The translations under genes and the position numbers were made by a program. The notes below the pieces were generated by a model. The model searched no databases, was not told the origin of the DNA, and saw nothing but the letters and a program-made list of their open reading frames with translations. Positions 17,831 through 26,566 of a DNA stretch of 34,483 bases are shown piece after piece. Numbering within the stretch: the first letter of the stretch is position 1; the number at the start of each line of letters is the position of its first letter. The stretch spans positions 1-34,483 of the forward strand of contig MHHP01000016.1 in assembly GCA_001817055.1 (NCBI GenBank), in the 5' to 3' direction. This DNA is from Candidatus Andersenbacteria bacterium RIFCSPHIGHO2_02_FULL_45_11 (GTDB lineage Bacteria > Patescibacteriota > Andersenbacteria > UBA10190).

Positions 17831-18817
17831 GTGATGCAACTATCCACATACGATACGCTTCTTACATCCATTGCAGACAGGTTCTATCGGGATTTATCTC
17901 CAAATCAGAAACCTCCTCGCAACGAGTATCTTGCAAACCTCAAAAACGACCTTCTCGGCTTAACAGCGACAGTCGTAGATGATCCACCATGGATGCTGTG
18001 GCTCAAAGTGCAAGAACGCCGAATCAAGATGAACAACTTTGAATTCAAAAGTCTGTCCAAAGATAAGATTTCTGCAGAAGAGATTTTTTGTATGGCAGAA
18101 ATCGCCCTGCATCTGCGTGCCAACAGTTACCGCGCTCGCCTTACTACTGCAAGCATCGAATCTATATCTGGCGCTAAAATTGACCACAACGTCACGGCGA
18201 AAGATCTTGTAAATCTCCGTTTACCGGATTACCTGTGGATAGAGTGGCCATCGTTCCCCAAAAAGAGTTACGACCCCTGGATCACTCGCACTGTGGGCAT
18301 GTTTATCAGCAGATTCGTACTACTCGACGCTCCCCGTCATCGCCTTGTTACCATATTAGAACACCCAACTGCTGGGCAAACATACTGCCAAGAACTCATC
18401 AAGGCATTGGTTGAAAATACGATCGCGAATATCCCATGCCTTGGCTATCAACTCATCATTGTGCAACAAGACGATCATGGCTACCGCTATATACCCTGCA
18501 TGTTTGGACATGAGCTGGCCGAGCCCCTTACAACAATGCTCGCGCTCCACAAAGAAACCAGTGACCGCGATAAGCCAAAACATCTCAACGCTGAGCAAGT
18601 ATGGAGCAATGCAGCAATACGACTACTGCTTATTGCTGCAAGTAGGGGGTGGTTTACCGATCCTGCCAAGCAAATGTTTATCGAAGATGCTTCATCTGCG
18701 GTATTGCCCAACTCTCCTCATGTGTTATTTGCACGAAAAGGAACAAATGGACGAGAAATAGCCATTCGGCCTGATTACCACACCCAGTTCAAACCCTTTG
18801 CAATTACCAACGACTAG
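17831..18817 (+). CDS. Hypothetical protein (orphan)
   Basis: 328-aa ORF with an AAGGG RBS and its own terminator. No motif recognised apart from LRLPDYLWIEWP. Confidence 0.7.
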   Translation: MMQLSTYDTLLTSIADRFYRDLSPNQKPPRNEYLANLKNDLLGLTATVVDDPPWMLWLKVQERRIKMNNFEFKSLSKDKISAEEIFCMAEIALHLRANSYRARLTTASIESISGAKIDHNVTAKDLVNLRLPDYLWIEWPSFPKKSYDPWITRTVGMFISRFVLLDAPRHRLVTILEHPTAGQTYCQELIKALVENTIANIPCLGYQLIIVQQDDHGYRYIPCMFGHELAEPLTTMLALHKETSDRDKPKHLNAEQVWSNAAIRLLLIAASRGWFTDPAKQMFIEDASSAVLPNSPHVLFARKGTNGREIAIRPDYHTQFKPFAITND

Positions 18818-18827
18818 CTTCTCCTTC

Positions 18828-18900
18828 AACTCTGTTCACTCCGGACAGAGTTTTTTTATACTTGGGCAAATAAAAAGAGTCGATCATTGCTGACCGACTC
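18828..18900. terminator. Back-to-back terminators for the convergent genes
   Basis: Plus strand AACTCTGT...ACAGAGTT followed by a T-run (18828-18857). Minus strand GAGTCGGTCA-gcaa-TGATCGACTC followed by TTTTT (18872-18900). Confidence 0.75.
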
Positions 18901-18918
18901 GGAACATACGAACCTCTT

Positions 18919-20076
18919 CTAAAAAACAATCTGACGGTACCCATACTGGCGCATAATGGGCGTCATTGCTCTGTTGCTCGACGGGCACACCAATAGTGTT
19001 GAACGCAATCTGCTTGGGTTTTCAAACTTCGCAAAATGCGCCACATCCAATACCATCTTCCCGTCTGGCATTTCACGAAACACACTGTACGAAGGCGGAG
19101 TTGCCATCAACACGCCATCTTTTGTTTGAGGACAATCCTGATGAATTTCAAACATAAGCAGCGCAGGCTCACTATCATCACCCGGTACCTTGGCGTGCGT
19201 CACATACGGAATCCAATGGACCCATTCGCCCACTTTTTCACCGTTGGCCAGAATAAATCCAATCGGTTCATTTTGCGGTAGCAGATCTGTTAGGTACAAG
19301 ACACGCGATGGCCCACCCGGGTTTCCATACGCAAGCAGGCGCTCCCGATCTTCGTCTCGCACCAGGCGGCTGGACCGAAAATTTTCAGCATAGCCACTCT
19401 TGCCTAGAAACGTAACGAATCGTTTACTCCCTTCCCCGCCCGTATCACGGTGTTTTACAAACAACACTTTTTTCCCGCCATCACGAACGTCTTCAATCTT
19501 TAGCCGTCCATACGATGCTTCAGTATGCGACGGTAGAGCAAACTCAAAAATTCCGGCACTACATGCCACGAACAATGTTTGGGTAATGTAGTTCACTTTG
19601 ACACTACAAATGGGCACTGCGCCACGAACGCATGTAATTGCGGAAAATGCTCCGGTAACGGTAACTGGGGCTCCAAAAGATGCCTCCCACGCTTGGTATG
19701 CCTCGGGTGAATGCACCATTTTTCCAACGGTGATTTTTTTATCCGGCGCAGTTTCTAAAAATTTTGAGAACTGCAGTGAACGGTCTGTTGGGTCGCTGAT
19801 GAAGAACGTGCGAACGTTTCTTGGATCAGTCCCATTTGAGTATTTGGGAATTGCCGCGCTACGTTCTTCCGTAATCACAATGGCGTTAGCATCAAAGAGC
19901 GCCAGAGAATCCATAATGGTAATTTCTGGCCACGCATCGAGCCCCAACGTATCGGGCTTCCCATACAACTGCGCATGAGACAACGCCTCTTCCACACTGG
20001 CCTCCAACAAATTTGCGTTTGCAGACAATACGGCTCGGATAGACGCATTCAAGTACCCGCGCTCAATACCTTGCAT
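18919..20076 (-). CDS. Hypothetical protein, possibly a divergent FBPase/inositol-monophosphatase (FIG) superfamily member
   Basis: 385 aa with a GGGGAA RBS. Ordered motifs LDAWPE...ITEE...FISDPTDRS resemble D-x3-E...GEE...IDPIDGT. Confidence 0.55.
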   Translation of the reverse strand: MQGIERGYLNASIRAVLSANANLLEASVEEALSHAQLYGKPDTLGLDAWPEITIMDSLALFDANAIVITEERSAAIPKYSNGTDPRNVRTFFISDPTDRSLQFSKFLETAPDKKITVGKMVHSPEAYQAWEASFGAPVTVTGAFSAITCVRGAVPICSVKVNYITQTLFVACSAGIFEFALPSHTEASYGRLKIEDVRDGGKKVLFVKHRDTGGEGSKRFVTFLGKSGYAENFRSSRLVRDEDRERLLAYGNPGGPSRVLYLTDLLPQNEPIGFILANGEKVGEWVHWIPYVTHAKVPGDDSEPALLMFEIHQDCPQTKDGVLMATPPSYSVFREMPDGKMVLDVAHFAKFENPSRLRSTLLVCPSSNRAMTPIMRQYGYRQIVF

Positions 20077-20112
20077 GATTATTCCCCTTTGTGAACGAAC
20101 AGTCTAGCATCA

Positions 20113-20140
20113 ACTGTTCTGCCATAAAATGCAGAACAGT
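20113..20140. promoter_or_regulatory. Perfect 10-bp inverted repeat between the DUF167 gene and the FIG-like gene
   Basis: ACTGTTCTGC-cataaaat-GCAGAACAGT just downstream of a minus-strand TAGACA-N16-TATACT. Could be an operator or an RNA hairpin. Confidence 0.45.
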
Positions 20141-20191
20141 GAAGTATACCCCTATGCACCCTACTGTCTAGTAAGCAATTACGATCGCAGC

Positions 20192-20416
20192 TTATACTCC
20201 CACCACTTCCATTAATTTTTTCGTACTTGTTCTGCCTGTAACTATTCTCACGCTTGTAGTGGGCACGTCGTAATATTCGGCAACTAATTCAATAATGGCC
20301 CAATTCGCTTTTCCTTTCTCCGGAGCTTCTTTGACGTGGACTATAAGGTTTTCATCATCCACTTTCTCTACCCTATTCTCCCGCGCGTGCACCTTCGCTT
20401 TCACGTAGATTTTCAT
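20192..20416 (-). CDS. DUF167/YggU family protein
   Basis: MKIYVKAK...VKEAPEKGKANWAII...IVTGRTSTKK. ATG 20416 overlaps the alkD-like stop (ATGA). Confidence 0.9.
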   Translation of the reverse strand: MKIYVKAKVHARENRVEKVDDENLIVHVKEAPEKGKANWAIIELVAEYYDVPTTSVRIVTGRTSTKKLMEVVGV

Positions 20417-21147
20417 AGTTTCGCCATCGCCTGCCGTTTCCAATCCTTTGGCATTTTTTCTATTGCGTATCGAAGCGCAACGCGCGACATTTTCGCTTTA
20501 TTTTTCATTACATATGCAAATACTTCGTTGGGGTATATATTACTCGCCTCTTTTAAGAGCCATCCGTAGCCTTTGCGTACCAAATCATCTTCGTCCGCCA
20601 TGAGCGCATCTGCTGCGGCAAATACGTCGGGCAATGTATTACTGCGCTTTATGGGGACAATAAGGGCAACGGCGGAAGCGCGGCGTACCCATCTGTTTTT
20701 GGATTTCCGCCACGGTACGGTTTTCTGTATAAGCTGCGGATAAGTTGCAAGCAGCTCCCCCAGCGCACCCGTACACAAATCGTCACACTTCGCCCAGTTG
20801 TTTACATAGTTTTTTACCCAGCGATCAAATACGACGAAATCCTTCGGCTCAAATTCCGTCCGCATTCTATATGCAAAATCGTACACAATCACCGAATCCT
20901 CTTGCATATTGGTTTTTAGCAACTCTTCGCACAACGCAAATATAGTAACCCTGAAGTGATGCGAAGCATCTACTGCGGGGCTTCGCTCAATTTTTCGAAA
21001 AAATTTACTTGCAATCTTTCGCACTATCGGGATCCGCACGCCATACAGCTCAATCCCCTCCTTGAAAAACCTCTGTTGCGATTTTTTGTAGGCAGGATCG
21101 GCGTTGAGTTTGAGTTCGGAGTGTATGGATTCAAGAAGGGATATCAC
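20413..21147 (-). CDS. DNA alkylation repair protein (AlkD-like HEAT-repeat glycosylase)
   Basis: YGVRIP, NNWAKCD, W...NRWVRRAS, DDLVRKGYGWLLKE and ALRYAIEK. Confidence 0.9.
   Translation of the reverse strand: MISLLESIHSELKLNADPAYKKSQQRFFKEGIELYGVRIPIVRKIASKFFRKIERSPAVDASHHFRVTIFALCEELLKTNMQEDSVIVYDFAYRMRTEFEPKDFVVFDRWVKNYVNNWAKCDDLCTGALGELLATYPQLIQKTVPWRKSKNRWVRRASAVALIVPIKRSNTLPDVFAAADALMADEDDLVRKGYGWLLKEASNIYPNEVFAYVMKNKAKMSRVALRYAIEKMPKDWKRQAMAKL
20949..20980. repeat. Imperfect palindrome in-frame within the alkD-like gene
   Basis: CCCTGAAGTGATGC-GAA-GCATCTACTGCGGGG, encoding PAVDASHHFR in an inter-helix position. Confidence 0.5.
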
Positions 21148-21479
21148 AGGTTTTTAAGATAGTTCTCAATACGGCCACGATCCTCATTTTCCTTATTACC
21201 CTTAAAGTATATTTCAATATGGACAAACGTTATTGTTGCATCGTGGTACGCGTAGATGATACGCATCGATCTGTCGCGCAGGGTTTTACACGCTAATCGG
21301 GCTTTTACAATCTTCACATCCTCTTGAACGTGAATAATGGTGAAGTTCTTCCCTGCTCCCGTTGGCATTACAGAAATAACGGCCTCAAAATCACGTAAAT
21401 CCTTCTCAAGGCTTCTATATTTTTTTGAGAGTTTTTTTAATTCGCGAGCAAATTCCGGAAGTTGCTCAAAGTTGCTCAT
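21144..21479 (-). CDS. RelE/HigB-like toxin (putative)
   Basis: 111 aa with F.RELKKLSKKYRSL..DL, VKARL, MRIIYAY and IEIYFKG.KEN. Overlaps the upstream antitoxin. Confidence 0.75.
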   Translation of the reverse strand: MSNFEQLPEFARELKKLSKKYRSLEKDLRDFEAVISVMPTGAGKNFTIIHVQEDVKIVKARLACKTLRDRSMRIIYAYHDATITFVHIEIYFKGNKENEDRGRIENYLKNL

Positions 21480-22200
21480 ATTCTCTTACGGACGTTTCTT
21501 CCGGACGATAAAATACATATTCATAATTGAGCACTTCACGATCTTGGGCAACCCTCCATGGCGTATCACTATGCGACAACTCCGATAACTTACGAGCACT
21601 TAAATGCGCTAAGCGCTCCAACTCGTCATCAATATGTTTTAATTCTTGCCCGGATAAACTTGAAACGTCCGCTTCTTTCACGGGAATATATTTCGTCTGA
21701 TCGAGATCAAAATACTTACTTTTAACTTCGACTATCTTTCCGTTATCTTCCATATTCTTTACGAGCTTCGCAAACGATACCGGCGTTGGACCATACGTGT
21801 TTTTTATATACGTTGCACCTATAAGCTGCTCTTCGTATTTTTCGTAGTAATCGAAATCTATAAAATACAGTAATTTATATAACACTGTTTGCCCAATATT
21901 CGGACGGCTTCCTACTTTGCCTAATATATACAGCAGTACTTGCTGAAACTTCTGTTCGTTTTCTTTGGGAATTTCTCGAATATCTACCTTATCTAATGGA
22001 ATATATTCAGCAGAGCCGTCTTCTACCGCATCATGAGACATAGCAAAAATACGCGACAAGATTGCTTTCTGCTCCTCAGTGGGCTTAGCAATACCCTTTT
22101 CAAGCTTGATATACGTTGGACGCGAAATGCCAAGACTACTCGCAACATCCTGCTGTGAGAGCCCTACCAGTTTCCGTTTGCCTTGTATCCAACTAGCCAT
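21466..22200 (-). CDS. XRE-HTH plus DUF4065 (Panacea/SocA-like) antitoxin
   Basis: LSQQDVASSLGISRPTYIKLEKG HTH; LYKLLYFIDF...Y.KNTYGPTP...SHSDTPW. Confidence 0.88.
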   Translation of the reverse strand: MASWIQGKRKLVGLSQQDVASSLGISRPTYIKLEKGIAKPTEEQKAILSRIFAMSHDAVEDGSAEYIPLDKVDIREIPKENEQKFQQVLLYILGKVGSRPNIGQTVLYKLLYFIDFDYYEKYEEQLIGATYIKNTYGPTPVSFAKLVKNMEDNGKIVEVKSKYFDLDQTKYIPVKEADVSSLSGQELKHIDDELERLAHLSARKLSELSHSDTPWRVAQDREVLNYEYVFYRPEETSVREYEQL

Positions 22201-22206
22201 ACCGAT

Positions 22207-22260
22207 ATTGTATGGTATCTTCTTTATATTTACAAGTTTACATTATTATTTGTAACTTTG
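22207..22260 (-). promoter_or_regulatory. Sigma70 promoter (leaderless) with an overlapping imperfect inverted repeat
   Basis: TTGTAA-N17-TACAAT-N6-ATG. The inverted repeat CAAGTTTACA-N8-TGTAACTTTG (22233-22260) overlaps the -35. Confidence 0.6.
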
Positions 22261-22327
22261 TATACTACCAGCCGTCAATGTGGCCGAAGCTAACATTTTA
22301 TTCACCCTAATGAGTGACTGTTTCTTT

Positions 22328-22579
22328 TTACCAACTACGATAGCTCGAATACGGACTACGGTACCCCCTGCTTCCCGTATACGGGTTATAGTTGCCGCGC
22401 GTAGACCAATTATCGTATCGGGTTGAGTTCGGACTTGTACGATAGTGCGGCATTACGTACGTACCGCTACTGTGATAATATCCCCCTACCCTAGAATAAG
22501 CTTCCGCACCTTGAACGGAAAATCCAATTCCAATCATAAATAAACCGATCGCTAACAACGTAAATAAGTATTTTTTCAT
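22328..22579 (-). CDS. Small secreted Tyr/Gly/Arg-rich protein
   Basis: Signal peptide ending AEA, then VGGYYHSSGTYVMPHYRTSPN...DNWSTRGNYNPYTG, a pattern I recognise from a widespread small hypothetical family. Confidence 0.75.
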   Translation of the reverse strand: MKKYLFTLLAIGLFMIGIGFSVQGAEAYSRVGGYYHSSGTYVMPHYRTSPNSTRYDNWSTRGNYNPYTGSRGYRSPYSSYRSW

Positions 22580-22667
22580 ACTAGAAGCATACGTGCGAGC
22601 ATGCTGGATAGCAATGGAGAAAAATTATTTCTCGTATAGAACAAAATATGGCAACTTAGCGTTACAC

Positions 22668-25007
22668 CTATCTAGAATATTCCCGCACTCTATCCGTTTT
22701 CGCGTACAATTTTTGTTGAAAATCAAAGAAGATGGAGCGAATACTTTCAACACTTCCAAGCGCCTGCTCCGCATTCGCGATAGCGTGATATTTTAAGTTT
22801 AATAATATTGGCAGTTTTTCTTCATCTAGTTCTTCAACTCCCTTTTCTTCGTATTTCGACAGTACAAAATCCAGAAATTCTTTTTGCTCTTCGTTTAATC
22901 CTGAAAAGATTTTGTTTTTTGCTTGCTGCGCGCGATCTACTCTTGAAACTGGTTCTGTCAAAAATGAAATATATGTTAAAACATCAAACAAGTCGCTCTG
23001 CTCGGCATCAATCATTTTTTGTAATGTTTCCAATTCATCTTTTCCATATCCAATTGCAGACATTTTTTCTAGAAATACTTTGCGCGTAGTTGGATTCGAC
23101 CAAATTCTCCGCAACTCTTCTTCGCTCTTGAAAAATTCCGGCATAGCCCCAAACATATTGTCCATAAATTCCTGAACAGAAATTGGTTTACCATCGGAAC
23201 TCCAAAAAGAAGTGGAAATCATGTGCTGTATTTCTCGCTCTTTTCCATCACGTAACTTGATTTTCAGTTTTGTCTTTGGCTCTTCCGGACCCACATCATC
23301 CACGACTATATCCGTGTCTTGTGGCCCCTTTGGATACACTAATACCGCTGGTTTATCTTCGGTTACTTCCACGATCGGCTCTCCATCCCATTCCGGATCA
23401 GAAAAATGCTTATATGCATCTACAAAGTCATAAATCGTAAAATATTCTTTGCCATCAAAAAGTCTCGTACCTCGCCCAATAATCTGCTTGAACTCGATCA
23501 TAGAATTAACTGGGCGCATAAGAACAATATTCCGAATATTGCGTGCATCTACTCCCGTAGAAAGTTTTTGAGAAGTGGTCAAAATAGTTGGGATTGTTTT
23601 TTCATTATCTTGAAATTCACGTAGGTACTGTTCGCCTCGAGCGCCATCATTGGCAGTTACGCGAACACAATAATTAGGGTCTTTATTTTTCTTCATTTGA
23701 TTTACCAAATCACGAACGGCTAATGCATGGTCTTGTGTTGCACAAAATATAATCGTCTTTTCGTTTTGATTTATTTCATCTAATACCACTCGAACCCTTT
23801 TTGCTTCTCGCTCTTTAATAACGATAATTCGATTAAAATCCGGTTCTTCATACAGCTTGCCTTCTTCAACTTCCCCCTCAATCACTTGGTCATCAGATGT
23901 GTACCTGTAATCATCCAGCGTGGTACTGATTCTTTTTATTTTAAATGGTGTTAAGAAGCCGTCATTTACTCCCTGTTTAAGAGAGTATGTATATACGGGG
24001 TCTCCAAAATATTTGTATGTATCTACGTTGGCTTGCCGTTTTGGAGTCGCCGTTAACCCAAGCTGCACTGCTGGTGAAAAATATTCCAAAATTCCGCGCC
24101 AATTACTTTCATCGTTCGCACCCCCACGGTGACATTCGTCTATAATAATCAAATCAAAAAAGTCTGGTGGGTATTCTCCGAAATACGGCGTACCGCCTGG
24201 CCCACTCATGAACGTTTGGAAGATTGTAAAATAGACACTGCCCGACATCGGCACTCCACCTTTCTTGCGAATATCTAGAGGATTTATACGAACTCGTGCA
24301 TCTTCGTCAAACGCGGAAAATGCGTTAATGGCTTGGTCGGCTAAAATATTTCGATCAGCTAAAAATAATATTCTTGGCCTGCGAGCCCCGTCTCGCTTCA
24401 AGTTCCAACGGGTTTGGAATAATTTCCAAGCAATTTGAAATGCAACGGCCGTTTTTCCGGTTCCCGTTGCCATCGTTAAAAGTATTCTCTGTTTGTCTTC
24501 AGCTACGGCACTCAAAACATTGTGAACGGCAATTTCCTGATAATATCTTTTGCCATAGTCGCCCTCATTTGGAACACCTGCAAATTTTTCCTTCCACTCT
24601 TCGCCTGACGCGAACTGACCCGAATATCTTTTATTCCATAATTCGTCAGGGGTTGGAAAATTTGTAATAGTGCTTTCTCGTCCACTTTCCATAGACATTT
24701 CATAAATCTCTTTCCCGTTCGTTGCATAGGTATAATTAATCTGCATTTTTTGCGCATATGCTTTTGCTTGTGCCACGCCCTCACCTACAGCAAGCCCTTC
24801 CGCCTTAGCTTCTATCACTCCAATCTTTGTATTTTTATATACCAAAATATAGTCGGCAATCTCCGGTTTACTACGCTTCCCACCTACTTGAATTTTGCCG
24901 TCCGTAATACGAAATTCACGTAGTACTTTTGAACCCTCAATAACGCCCCAACCAGCTTCTTTGAGTTTTGGGTCAATATGTTCAGCTCGAGTTTCCGATT
25001 CGTTCAT
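22668..25007 (-). CDS. hsdR: Type I restriction endonuclease subunit R (EcoEI/EcoAI-like)
   Basis: MNESETR start at 25007; ADY...VIEAK nuclease; MATGTGKT, IIDECHRG, GLTATP, LSTGVD and FKQIIGRGTR; EcoEI_R_C-like tail. Confidence 0.95.
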   Translation of the reverse strand: MNESETRAEHIDPKLKEAGWGVIEGSKVLREFRITDGKIQVGGKRSKPEIADYILVYKNTKIGVIEAKAEGLAVGEGVAQAKAYAQKMQINYTYATNGKEIYEMSMESGRESTITNFPTPDELWNKRYSGQFASGEEWKEKFAGVPNEGDYGKRYYQEIAVHNVLSAVAEDKQRILLTMATGTGKTAVAFQIAWKLFQTRWNLKRDGARRPRILFLADRNILADQAINAFSAFDEDARVRINPLDIRKKGGVPMSGSVYFTIFQTFMSGPGGTPYFGEYPPDFFDLIIIDECHRGGANDESNWRGILEYFSPAVQLGLTATPKRQANVDTYKYFGDPVYTYSLKQGVNDGFLTPFKIKRISTTLDDYRYTSDDQVIEGEVEEGKLYEEPDFNRIIVIKEREAKRVRVVLDEINQNEKTIIFCATQDHALAVRDLVNQMKKNKDPNYCVRVTANDGARGEQYLREFQDNEKTIPTILTTSQKLSTGVDARNIRNIVLMRPVNSMIEFKQIIGRGTRLFDGKEYFTIYDFVDAYKHFSDPEWDGEPIVEVTEDKPAVLVYPKGPQDTDIVVDDVGPEEPKTKLKIKLRDGKEREIQHMISTSFWSSDGKPISVQEFMDNMFGAMPEFFKSEEELRRIWSNPTTRKVFLEKMSAIGYGKDELETLQKMIDAEQSDLFDVLTYISFLTEPVSRVDRAQQAKNKIFSGLNEEQKEFLDFVLSKYEEKGVEELDEEKLPILLNLKYHAIANAEQALGSVESIRSIFFDFQQKLYAKTDRVREYSR

Positions 25008-25058
25008 ATATGGGTACAATGCAACATTTTCAGTATTTTGCAAAGCTCAAAGAAAAAC

Positions 25059-25451
25059 TTACAGCGTATCCCTAAGCTCAGAATAATTCTCAGCAATCAT
25101 CCTTTTCCAATTAGCAGTTTCATTACTGCCCCCTAAGTCTGTTTTCCCATACACAAGCAATATGGATACATACTGCTTATCCGGATACCACGCGACGATG
25201 CATCTATTACCAGATCCTTTTGGCGATTGCTTACTTTTTACAATACTAAATTCTGTTTTTACGATTCTTACATGTCCGAGATCAGCAATAGTTTTCGCTT
25301 TCTCTGTGAGAAGTAACCTGTCGATACGCTCAAGCTCTGCAATAATTGCGAGCAAGGTAACGTCCCAATGAGATTTATATTTTTTCTCAAAACTTTTTAT
25401 AAAGTGTCGCTGCGCAAACTGCTCAATTCGTACAGAATAATTCCCTTCCAT
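25059..25451 (-). CDS. RelE/HigB-like toxin (putative, divergent)
   Basis: 130 aa with F.K.FEKKY, IVKTEF...SPKGSGNRCIV...ILLVYGKTD, starting 5 nt after the antitoxin stop. Confidence 0.65.
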   Translation of the reverse strand: MEGNYSVRIEQFAQRHFIKSFEKKYKSHWDVTLLAIIAELERIDRLLLTEKAKTIADLGHVRIVKTEFSIVKSKQSPKGSGNRCIVAWYPDKQYVSILLVYGKTDLGGSNETANWKRMIAENYSELRDTL

Positions 25452-25456
25452 AGCGC

Positions 25457-26149
25457 TTAGTACACCAATGCGGAATCTTCTTGGGTTATAAGCTCATATG
25501 GAATAAGCTCATTTTCTCGACACAAAAAGTATGGCAGTTGATTGTGAGTAAAATTTACAATCTCGTTCGTTTTTTTATCTTTCCACTTCTTTGCAATTTT
25601 TTTCATCAATGCACTCTCGCCCTCAGACAACGTTTGAATTTTCTCGTTTTTGTTACTATCTGATTCGCTAATCAAAAACATCTCTTTGCCTTCTGTGTTT
25701 TTATGCTCAATGGTAATTTTCCCAGATTCTTCTAGCTCATCAATTGCACGAAAAAACGCATCGGGTACTGGGCCAAATGTTATCTTCCTATATTGCATAC
25801 CACTCATGCTTTCTAAGTTGTCATAAAACCACGCAAAGTCAGCAAGATACAACAGTTTGGCGAGTTTTGTTTTCGGAATTTTTCCGTCTTCCGAAACGTT
25901 CATACGCAGATATGCGAGTATCATGTGTTTGTATTTTTCCATATTTGGAATAACGCCAGACAACAACTCATCAACACCTATACCAAATAGCGTTGCTAAT
26001 TTCTTTGCTTCGTCCAGGCTCAGTTCCTGTTTACCCGCTTCAATGGCCGTATACGTTGGCCGAGATACACCGATTACTTGCGCCACCTGCTCTTGGGATA
26101 GCTTTTTCTCAATACGAAGCTCTTTTACTTTTTGTATATACATATTCAT
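25457..26149 (-). CDS. XRE-HTH plus DUF4065 (Panacea) antitoxin
   Basis: LSQEQVAQVIGVSRPTYTAIEAG HTH; KLAKLLYLADF...Y.KITFGPVP...TH.QLPY. Start placed at ATG 26149 after TTGACT-N17-TATACT. Confidence 0.88.
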   Translation of the reverse strand: MNMYIQKVKELRIEKKLSQEQVAQVIGVSRPTYTAIEAGKQELSLDEAKKLATLFGIGVDELLSGVIPNMEKYKHMILAYLRMNVSEDGKIPKTKLAKLLYLADFAWFYDNLESMSGMQYRKITFGPVPDAFFRAIDELEESGKITIEHKNTEGKEMFLISESDSNKNEKIQTLSEGESALMKKIAKKWKDKKTNEIVNFTHNQLPYFLCRENELIPYELITQEDSALVY

Positions 26150-26156
26150 GTATATA

Positions 26157-26231
26157 AGTATATGCCAAGAATGTAATATAGTCAATCAACTTTTGCTTAT
26201 TTATTGACATATTTGGTAATAGGATTACAAT
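26157..26231. promoter_or_regulatory. Divergent sigma70 promoters
   Basis: Minus strand TTGACT(26185-80)-N17-TATACT(26162-57). Plus strand TTGACA(26204-09)-N16-TACAAT(26226-31). Confidence 0.65.
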
Positions 26232-26284
26232 GAGCGGTGCCAGATTCGTCGGGCTGGCAACTAATCAACCAAGAATCAAAGCAC

Positions 26285-26509
26285 ATGACTCCATATAAAA
26301 ATTTGTCTGGTGATTCGAGTGTCGATGCATACGAATATACAAGCAACAGTATTACTGTTCGATTTAATGACGGCATGCATTACCTATACTCAACACGTCA
26401 AAATCCAATGAGCGAAATCCTGCAAATGCAAAGTTACGCAGATGCTGGCAGCGGTCTAGGCACAATGCTTTCGACCAAGCCATATCATCCACACGATTCT
26501 AAGTGGTAA
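26285..26509 (+). CDS. Small KTSC-like protein
   Basis: 74 aa with YKNLSGDSSV.AYEY....I.V.F.DG..Y.Y...A..G.GL pattern. Has its own promoter and a terminator at ~26538-26568. Confidence 0.65.
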   Translation: MTPYKNLSGDSSVDAYEYTSNSITVRFNDGMHYLYSTRQNPMSEILQMQSYADAGSGLGTMLSTKPYHPHDSKW

Positions 26510-26566
26510 TGCAGTTCGAAAAAGTCGCACTTTACTAAAGAGTCCGTATACATTGCGGTCTCTTTT

